From Spirochaetia bacterium (lineage in GTDB: Bacteria; Spirochaetota; Spirochaetia; CADAEX01): a stretch of 64,000 nt of DNA. The notes under the pieces were generated by a model. It saw nothing but the letters and a program-made list of their open reading frames with translations. It searched no databases and was not told the origin of the DNA. This document shows, one piece after another, positions 57,543 to 64,000 of the stretch. The DNA is taken from positions 192,001-256,000 of the forward strand of contig OY759746.1 of NCBI GenBank assembly GCA_963662795.1. Direction: 5' to 3'. The position numbers were made by a program, and so were the translations under genes. Every line of letters starts with the position of its first letter. The stretch's first letter is position 1.

Positions 57543-59765
57543 TTATTGCCTGCGGCGGAGGCAGAAAAAATATTTCCTGCTTTTATCAATTTCCGGAATA
57601 ATCCTGTCAAGTTTTACTGCCTCAAACCCTTCACAGATATTTGTTGCGACGTCTTCGGTAATGAGTATCCGGCATTTGTAGCGCTCTCCCAATCCGGAAA
57701 GGATGCCGGCGCGGGCAGGCACATCGCCTGATGCTATATATTCGGGCAGACCGTCAATATCATCGCTGCCGAATCCGCATAATCCCGTATCAATACCGAC
57801 ACTGACGGCGCCTGCTTTATAAACTATTCCTGCATTTTTAAAGCTTTCCTCCAGTTTATCTTCCTCTTCCAGAACAGCCGCAGCGGCAAGTTCCGCCTGT
57901 ATCCTGTGGCCTTTGCCCGGTATCCGTCCTCCGAATGAAGCAAATATTACTTCTCCTTCCAGAGCATAGAGAAAGGCCCCATTTTCCCTGAGTACGGCAC
58001 CGATTGTTTCGTGGTAAATATGCAGAGCTGATATTATTTTATTTCCGGCAGATGAGTCAGGAGACCATGTTATTCCGTTCAGCCGGAACCGCACTGCTAT
58101 AATACTTGCTTCTATTTTTTCTCCTTCAGGAGGATTTGATTCGGGAGTCGGATGCAATGACGGATATTTTGACAACTGCAGTAATACAGATGATTGCCGG
58201 GATATGCTCTCATTAATCCTGTAGGCGCTGATCGAGCCGGTAAAAACCGAAACAATCGCTGCTGCTGCCGCGCTTCCTGCTGCAAGGAGAGGATTAAACC
58301 ATATACCGGTGTGAACAAAAAAAAGTGATGCTGCCGCAGCTGAAAGAATAACCGCGGCAATTCCGGCAAATGCAGCTGAAACCGGAGCAAGAGCTGCCAA
58401 TATCAGGGAAACAAAAACTGCAAGGAGTCCTGAAACCAGAAATGCTTCAAGTGAGGGGAAAATACTGAAAAAATGCCCTGAAAGGAGAGCATCCGCAAGT
58501 CCTGCGGCAGCCCTGACACGGGATACCGGATCCTTCAGTTCAGGAGCAATGATGCAGATTGATGATTGTATCTCCCTTTCCAGAGTATCCCTCAACTTAA
58601 GGAGCTCACCAAAAGTCTTCCCTGCACGGTCGAAGGAGCTGCGTGCAGCGTTTTTTAAGGCAAGAATGTTTCTTTTCCCTTCCGGTGTAAGAGTGGATGA
58701 CTCAAGCAGCAGAGAATAACCGTCATCAATTTTTTTCTCTGCAATTCCTGACAGAAAACCGGCTGTAATCCGGTAAAACTGTTTTCTGAGTCTCCGCCAA
58801 TCTTCAGTATCAATACTGCCGGGCTTTCTTGAAAACTCATAGAGAGCCAATGGCGACATGGCCTCTCCTGACCAGGAGAGGTACCCGGCCTGTTCCATTG
58901 CCTTAATTTCATTAAACAGTTCAGCTTCAAGGATTGAATGCCTTACAAGAAGATTTAAGGAAATACGGCGGAATGAGCTTTCCGGGGTTCCTTTCGGGAA
59001 TTCAGGGAGTATTGCCCCTCTTTTATCAAGCGGGATCACTATATCGCTTTCATTTTTTCCGTCAGGAAAAGCTTTATGCAATACCAGAAAACCCGGGGAC
59101 TCTTCTACGGCAGGATTGCCAAGCCTGACAAGGACAGCCTGTAAAACAGCATGCACAAGAGGATCTGATATTTCAGGAAGCTCAAGGCGCTCAAGAGAGG
59201 GCCTTATAAAGCGCAGACTGGAATCGAGGGGACTTTCTGCATGATATATATGCCTGTACATCATCCTGTCAGGTACACTGCTGCCGGATGCTTCCATTAG
59301 ACGTATTTTGCTTTTATCCGTAAGGGAGAGTATATCATCCACAAAGGATGCCGTGTCTTTCGGCCGCACGGAACCGAGACGGATTGCATTAAACAGCGTT
59401 TTGATATTGTCTTTTATTAAAGTGAATTCCCGTTCAAATGAATCACGAAGCTTATCATTTAAATCCGAATAGAGCAGATTGCCCTTTTCTACCGCAGAAT
59501 CAAGAACAACTGCCTGTGCCTTCATCTCCGTAAGTATCATCAGTCCTTCGGAAATAGTTTCACTGTCCCAGGGAAGGCTGCCTGCTGCTGCTGCAGATTC
59601 TTCGTCAGCTTCAAGCAGGAGTATTTCGCTGCTCGGCACTATTTCCGGCCGCTTCTTTTCCAAAGCATGAAACAGGGGCCCTTCCGCAGAAGAGAAATAT
59701 CCTGAAAAAGATAATATGGAAAAGAATATACCGAATGCGGCAGAGATAAGGATGCGTGTTATCAT
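57543..59765 (-). CDS. CHASE2-like membrane protein with a degenerate class III cyclase domain
   Basis: ILLLEADEES..GSLPWD..KAQAVVLD (CHASE2-like); three TMs; C-terminal GEKIEAS, GEVIFASFG, GIDTG, YIASGD, ILITE. Confidence 0.7.
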   Translation of the reverse strand: MITRILISAAFGIFFSILSFSGYFSSAEGPLFHALEKKRPEIVPSSEILLLEADEESAAAAGSLPWDSETISEGLMILTEMKAQAVVLDSAVEKGNLLYSDLNDKLRDSFEREFTLIKDNIKTLFNAIRLGSVRPKDTASFVDDILSLTDKSKIRLMEASGSSVPDRMMYRHIYHAESPLDSSLRFIRPSLERLELPEISDPLVHAVLQAVLVRLGNPAVEESPGFLVLHKAFPDGKNESDIVIPLDKRGAILPEFPKGTPESSFRRISLNLLVRHSILEAELFNEIKAMEQAGYLSWSGEAMSPLALYEFSRKPGSIDTEDWRRLRKQFYRITAGFLSGIAEKKIDDGYSLLLESSTLTPEGKRNILALKNAARSSFDRAGKTFGELLKLRDTLEREIQSSICIIAPELKDPVSRVRAAAGLADALLSGHFFSIFPSLEAFLVSGLLAVFVSLILAALAPVSAAFAGIAAVILSAAAASLFFVHTGIWFNPLLAAGSAAAAAIVSVFTGSISAYRINESISRQSSVLLQLSKYPSLHPTPESNPPEGEKIEASIIAVRFRLNGITWSPDSSAGNKIISALHIYHETIGAVLRENGAFLYALEGEVIFASFGGRIPGKGHRIQAELAAAAVLEEEDKLEESFKNAGIVYKAGAVSVGIDTGLCGFGSDDIDGLPEYIASGDVPARAGILSGLGERYKCRILITEDVATNICEGFEAVKLDRIIPEIDKSRKYFFCLRRRQ

Positions 59766-59865
59766 ATCGCTTCTTGATTTAATATAATACATACTATTGA
59801 ATTCGGAGTATTAATTGCCGAAAATTAAATATATAAGTATATTAGCTGCAATTGGAGGATATTTC

Positions 59866-60453
59866 ATGAAAACAATAAAATTGCTGACCTTAATTATAAT
59901 ATCTCTTACTCTGATCCTGGCTCTTGGATCCTGCGCAAAACCGCCGACAGCAGAAGCTGATGCGGCCAGGGCTTCTGTTGCCGCAGCAGAGAGTAATCCG
60001 GATGTTCCCATGTACGCAGCAAATACCCTTTCGCGTGCCAAAGATTCACTTTCCAGGATGCAGAATGAGCTTGATGCAAAAAAGTACGATTCTGCAAAAA
60101 CGCTTGCACTTGAAACAGTGAAGATTGCTGATGAAGCTGCAGCAGAGGCAAAAACTGCAAAAGAAAGGGTTAAATCCTCCGCCTCTTCCGTGTTTGATTC
60201 ATTGAAGAAAAACATTGCAGAAACAGAAAAAGCCCTTGCAGCTGCAAAAAAAACACGCGGAATCAAGCTTGATTTTACAGCAGCTGCTGCAGAACTTGGA
60301 GAAGTAAAAAAAATAATGGATTCAGCAGGAAGCGACTTTAATTCAGGCGCTTTTAAAGCTTCTCTTGAAAAAGGAGAATCCGCACAGTCAAGGCTCACAG
60401 CTTTAAACAGACTGATCTCTGACGCAGTACGGGACGCATCAAAAAAGAAATAG
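59866..60453 (+). CDS. Ala-rich coiled-coil lipoprotein (DUF4398-like)
   Basis: ATG 59866 behind GGAGG; lipobox LALGS-C followed by AKPPTAE; helical Ala/Lys/Glu-rich body. Confidence 0.8.
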   Translation: MKTIKLLTLIIISLTLILALGSCAKPPTAEADAARASVAAAESNPDVPMYAANTLSRAKDSLSRMQNELDAKKYDSAKTLALETVKIADEAAAEAKTAKERVKSSASSVFDSLKKNIAETEKALAAAKKTRGIKLDFTAAAAELGEVKKIMDSAGSDFNSGAFKASLEKGESAQSRLTALNRLISDAVRDASKKK

Positions 60454-60479
60454 CAGGACAACAACGTTATTTCAGGTTG

Positions 60480-60530
60480 AAAGCCGGTAAGAACAGTTCT
60501 CCTTTAGGAGATGGCCAATTTACCGGCTTT
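60480..60530. terminator. Probable bidirectional terminator
   Basis: AAAGCCGGTAA...TTACCGGCTTT with an inner TCTCCT/AGGAGA stem, between convergent genes. Confidence 0.7.
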
Positions 60531-62002
60531 TATTTGAATTTATCAAGGGAGGATAGTTTTTTCAGGCTGTAGAAAAGCATTACCGCTGCGGATATCCAGC
60601 TGATCGCAGCAATTCCGGCAAATATTCCCTCCGCACCAAGCCCTTTTACTCCGCAGATATAATAAAAAACCGCCGCAGGAGCTGCAATCTGCCTGAAAAG
60701 ACCTGCAAGCAGAACAAAACCCGGTTTTTTTATCCCCTGCAGCATGGAATTGCAGCAGAAAAGAATAATATAGCTGTAGTATGTAATCCCGACAATGCGA
60801 AGATAGTAAACCGCATAAAACAGCACATCCTGATCTTTTGAGAAAATTGATATTATCAGGCCGGATAGAGGAAGAATAATTGTAAGCATAACCGCCATCA
60901 GGACTGCGCCGAAAAAGAGCGCTGTTTTAAAGGCAGTCTTCACCCTGTCGATCCTGCCGGCGCCGCTGTTCTGCCCAGTAACTGCAAGAAGAGCGGTATT
61001 AAGTCCCAGCGCGGGTAGAAGCGCTATCTGTTCAATCCTGAGGCCTATAGCGTAGGCGGCGAGCGCCTGATGGCCGCCGTATCTGTTAAGAAAAAAATTT
61101 ATGACAAAAAATCCCAAAGCTACTGACATCATATTGAGCCCTGAAGGTATACTCTGTCCAAGGATCTCTTTTATATAGGATATTTTCGGAATAAAAAACC
61201 TGAAAACATCCCTGTTGATCTTTCTACAGTCCCTGTCGCCTTCAGTTTCAGAGAATCCCGGCGGGAAACCGGTTGAAGCTGTAAAATATCTGCAGAAAAC
61301 ACCGGTCTTCACCACCTCAGAAAAAAGATAGATGAGCGCTCCTGCCTGAACAAGCACGGTGGCAAATGCAATACCTTTTATCCCCATAGCGGGAATAAAC
61401 CCGAAGCCGTAAAGGAAAATCGGGTCAAGCATCAAATTTACTGCAAAACCGGCAGCAAGAACATTTCTGTAGCTTTTTGTATTTCCCCTTGCGTTGAGCA
61501 TGCTGTTAAGAACATTATTAAGAAGGAAAAAAGGGATCCCCAGCAGAATGGTATTTATATATTGGGAGGCATAATCCCCGACTGCGCCCGAGGCTCCCAT
61601 AAGTGAAAATACAAAACCGGTATAACTGTCCCTTAAAAAAAGAAGAACAAGGGCAAGAACAAGGGAAAAAGAGATAGCCTGCACAAAATATATAACTGCT
61701 TTTTTATTTTCACCTGCTCCAAGCGCATTGGAGATCAGCGCGGTTGAGGCTGTTCCCAGGCCGAGAGCCAGGGCAAGGATTATAAAAAATACAGGAAAAG
61801 ATATGGAAAGGCCTGCAAGAGCTTCTGTTGAAATCCTGCCTCCGAAAAATGTGTCAGTAATATTGTAAAGTGTATTGAACAGCAGGCCTGTGCTCGCGGG
61901 TATGCTTATTTTAAGCAGAAGGCGGGGAATTTTCCCTTCTGTCAGTTTTTGATCACTGATAATATTGATTTCAGGGTTTTCCGCATTCCATATTTTTCTC
62001 AT
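60530..62002 (-). CDS. MATE-family efflux transporter
   Basis: ISIPASTG..YNITDT, NLMLDPIF, GQNSGAG; paralogue of 32987-34357. Confidence 0.92.
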   Translation of the reverse strand: MRKIWNAENPEINIISDQKLTEGKIPRLLLKISIPASTGLLFNTLYNITDTFFGGRISTEALAGLSISFPVFFIILALALGLGTASTALISNALGAGENKKAVIYFVQAISFSLVLALVLLFLRDSYTGFVFSLMGASGAVGDYASQYINTILLGIPFFLLNNVLNSMLNARGNTKSYRNVLAAGFAVNLMLDPIFLYGFGFIPAMGIKGIAFATVLVQAGALIYLFSEVVKTGVFCRYFTASTGFPPGFSETEGDRDCRKINRDVFRFFIPKISYIKEILGQSIPSGLNMMSVALGFFVINFFLNRYGGHQALAAYAIGLRIEQIALLPALGLNTALLAVTGQNSGAGRIDRVKTAFKTALFFGAVLMAVMLTIILPLSGLIISIFSKDQDVLFYAVYYLRIVGITYYSYIILFCCNSMLQGIKKPGFVLLAGLFRQIAAPAAVFYYICGVKGLGAEGIFAGIAAISWISAAVMLFYSLKKLSSLDKFK

Positions 62003-62316
62003 TATATGGTATCTGATGCCTTTATAAAGTGCCAGGCCGGCATTTCATATGGATGGGATGATAAAAGCGCGTCCTTCACCTTTTGTGCACAGGCTTCTTC
62101 GCACACCATTTCAACACGGTATTCTTCAACCCTGGACACAGTACCTTCTATTCCGGTATATGGTATGCTCCCCTCCTCCGGCCTGAACTGCCCTTCCCCC
62201 TGTATCTGCCAGCAGCAGCAGCTGTATGCTCCGATCTTTCCCGCTCCGGCGGCAAACAATGAGGATTTTACAGATTCGAGATGGCTTTCAGGTACGTAAA
62301 AAACAAGTACAAGCAT
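62002..62316 (-). CDS. YqfO/NIF3-related PII-like small protein
   Basis: FYVPESH..LFAAGAGKIGAYSCC..GEGQFRP..HPYE. Confidence 0.88.
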   Translation of the reverse strand: MLVLVFYVPESHLESVKSSLFAAGAGKIGAYSCCCWQIQGEGQFRPEEGSIPYTGIEGTVSRVEEYRVEMVCEEACAQKVKDALLSSHPYEMPAWHFIKASDTI

Positions 62317-62318
62317 TT

Positions 62319-63767
62319 TCAGCCCTTTATTCCGCTGCCACGTTTAAGAAACATTATATCGTAGCTTTCCCTGTCAGGCCCGGAGACACTTTCCTCATTT
62401 ATGCCGTATTCGCGGGCTATAAGCGCCCTGACCCTCTTCCGGCAAAAAGCCCCCTGGCACCTTCCCATTCCGGCCCTTGTCCTTCTTTTCACTCCGTCAG
62501 TAGATGTAATTGTAATTCCCCGCCTGAGAGAATCAAGTATTACGCTTTGCCTGACCTGCTCACATCTGCATACTATTCTGTCATCAGATGTATCAGGCAG
62601 TTTTATAAGCCGCTCCACCTCATCCGGTGGAAGGTTAAGCCGCTCTTTTATAACTGAAGCCCTTTCAGGGTTAAAATCTTTTCTTTCTTCAAGTTTTCCA
62701 AGATATTTTTCAACAAATCCTTTTACTAATAACGCGATGGCAGGGGATGAGGTAAGTCCCGGAGAATCAATCCCGCCGGTATTTATAAAACCCGGCGCGG
62801 GGGACGCAACAACAAAATCACCGGTAGAGCTCACAGCTCTTATGCCTGAAAAAGTCCTGATAATTTTTTGGGGGTCAGGTATCAGATATGATATTTTTGA
62901 AACCTCAAGGATATTGAGCAAAGCTTCCCTGTCCGGAAGGTAATCGTACCTGCTGTCGATATTAAGCGCGTCAGGGCCAATCATAAGATTGTTGTGAAAC
63001 GTCGGTGTAACAAGTATTCCTTTACCCATTTTTCCCGGGACCTGAAACAGGACATGATTTATATCCAGTCCGCTCCATCTGTCAAAGATGAGGTACTGTC
63101 CTTTTCTGGGTTTTACTGAAAAATCAGAGAATCCTGCCATTGCCGAGATAATATCGCTGAATAATCCGGCTGAATTGATAATAATATCTGCCTCAAAACT
63201 GCCGGCAGCTGTTTCCACATGCCAGGTTTTGCCGTCCCTTATGATCCGTTTCACTTCCGCACCGGGGACGAATACCGCCCCGTTGGCCAGGCTGTTTTCA
63301 GCAAATGCAATTGCAAGTTCATAGGGGGATGCCACCCCTGCGCTGGGAGCATAAAGGGCGCACAGGACATCAGGGTTTATTCCCGGATCAAGACCCAGTA
63401 TTGCATCCCGGCCGATTATTTCAAGCCCTTTTACATTGTTTTCCTTACCGCTTGCAAGCAGTTTTTCAAGCTCAGTCCTGTCTTCCTCAGTAAATCCAAG
63501 GACAAGTGAGCCGCACCTTCTGAAACCAAAGTTAAGCTCTTTTTCAAGATTGTCGTAAAGGGCGTTTCCCTTGACACAAAGCAGGGTTTTAAGGCTTCCC
63601 GGCGATGTGCCGTAACCTGCATGGATTATACCGCTGTTTGCCTTTGTTGAACCCATCGAGACATCATGTTCTTTTTCAAGGATTGTTATATCAAGCTCAT
63701 ATTTTGAAAGCTCTCTTGCTATTGCGCAGCCGACAACACCGGCTCCGATAATACATACTCTGTTCAT
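62319..63767 (-). CDS. FAD-dependent oxidoreductase (GlpA/LhgO-like) with C-terminal BFD-like [2Fe-2S] domain
   Basis: IIGAGVVG, KANSGIIHAG, PRKGQY, GIDSPGLTS, VCRCE..KRRTRAGMGRCQGAFC. Confidence 0.9.
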   Translation of the reverse strand: MNRVCIIGAGVVGCAIARELSKYELDITILEKEHDVSMGSTKANSGIIHAGYGTSPGSLKTLLCVKGNALYDNLEKELNFGFRRCGSLVLGFTEEDRTELEKLLASGKENNVKGLEIIGRDAILGLDPGINPDVLCALYAPSAGVASPYELAIAFAENSLANGAVFVPGAEVKRIIRDGKTWHVETAAGSFEADIIINSAGLFSDIISAMAGFSDFSVKPRKGQYLIFDRWSGLDINHVLFQVPGKMGKGILVTPTFHNNLMIGPDALNIDSRYDYLPDREALLNILEVSKISYLIPDPQKIIRTFSGIRAVSSTGDFVVASPAPGFINTGGIDSPGLTSSPAIALLVKGFVEKYLGKLEERKDFNPERASVIKERLNLPPDEVERLIKLPDTSDDRIVCRCEQVRQSVILDSLRRGITITSTDGVKRRTRAGMGRCQGAFCRKRVRALIAREYGINEESVSGPDRESYDIMFLKRGSGIKG

Positions 63768-63918
63768 AATTACCTTTGGTAATTATCTTATATAAACTCA
63801 TATTTTACAATTTAATCTTATTGATTGAAAAATATTATTTAACTATTATTCTTATAGTTTAACTACAGACATCAGAAATCAGCTCTGCGGCAATCATATA
63901 AACTACAAATGGAGAATT

Positions 63919-64000
63919 ATGGACAGAACACATCAGCTTGAGAACGACAGCATACCGGTTCTTCTTGTGAGATACTCGCTACCTGCCATTGCGGGGATGC
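63919..64000 (+). CDS. Start of a third MATE transporter (runs off the window end)
   Basis: GGAG RBS; MDRTHQLENDSIPVLLVRYSLPAIAGM is a typical MATE N-terminus. Confidence 0.7.
   Translation, partial: MDRTHQLENDSIPVLLVRYSLPAIAGM

Noticed and set aside
59811-60464. 217-aa - strand ORF
   Set aside because: Mirror of the Ala-rich lipoprotein gene, which has the RBS and lipobox; GCA/GCT-rich codons leave the antisense frame open.
1-64000. Prophage, IS elements, integrons, tRNA/rRNA and known anti-phage systems
   Set aside because: No integrase, transposase, phage structural or recognisable defence genes other than the TA pair, and no RNA-gene patterns were seen by eye.

Overview
Gene-dense, moderately AT-rich bacterial chromosome segment. 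It probably comes from a free-living, diderm, anaerobic spirochaete; this is inferred from solute-binding proteins with 'GGxxE/D' just after the signal peptide, a spirochaete-like lipobox and a FadL-type porin. No rRNA, tRNA, CRISPR array, transposase or integrase was recognised. Ordinary content: partial glpK, a LOG protein, a dCache-GGDEF cyclase, RarD, a Phd-VapC toxin-antitoxin pair, znuACB-zur, a TRAP/malic enzyme/CitAB-family malate locus, msrAB, three MATE pumps, a TetR-MMPL-LolA-like-porin operon, a PAS/PocR hybrid kinase, ilvY-ilvC, a LacI-controlled ABC system with a metallo-hydrolase, and a GlpA/LhgO-like oxidoreductase. Best candidates for something new: (1) a stand-alone ThDP enzyme / SRPBCC cyclase / KAS III cassette (3435-6683) with the composition and order of the nzsH-nzsI-nzsJ carbazole core. 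(2) An Nqr/Rnf hybrid operon (B/D-C/G-D-E-F) with its own promoter but no NqrA, RnfC or RnfB, followed by a small Cys/His protein and a HAD phosphatase (6695-11921). (3) A 570-aa unknown protein built from two tandem copies of a kinase-like domain, one with DFG and one degenerate (12948-14660). Also notable are two defective class III cyclases and an unannotated 38-aa membrane peptide. All family calls are by eye from motifs; no searches were run.
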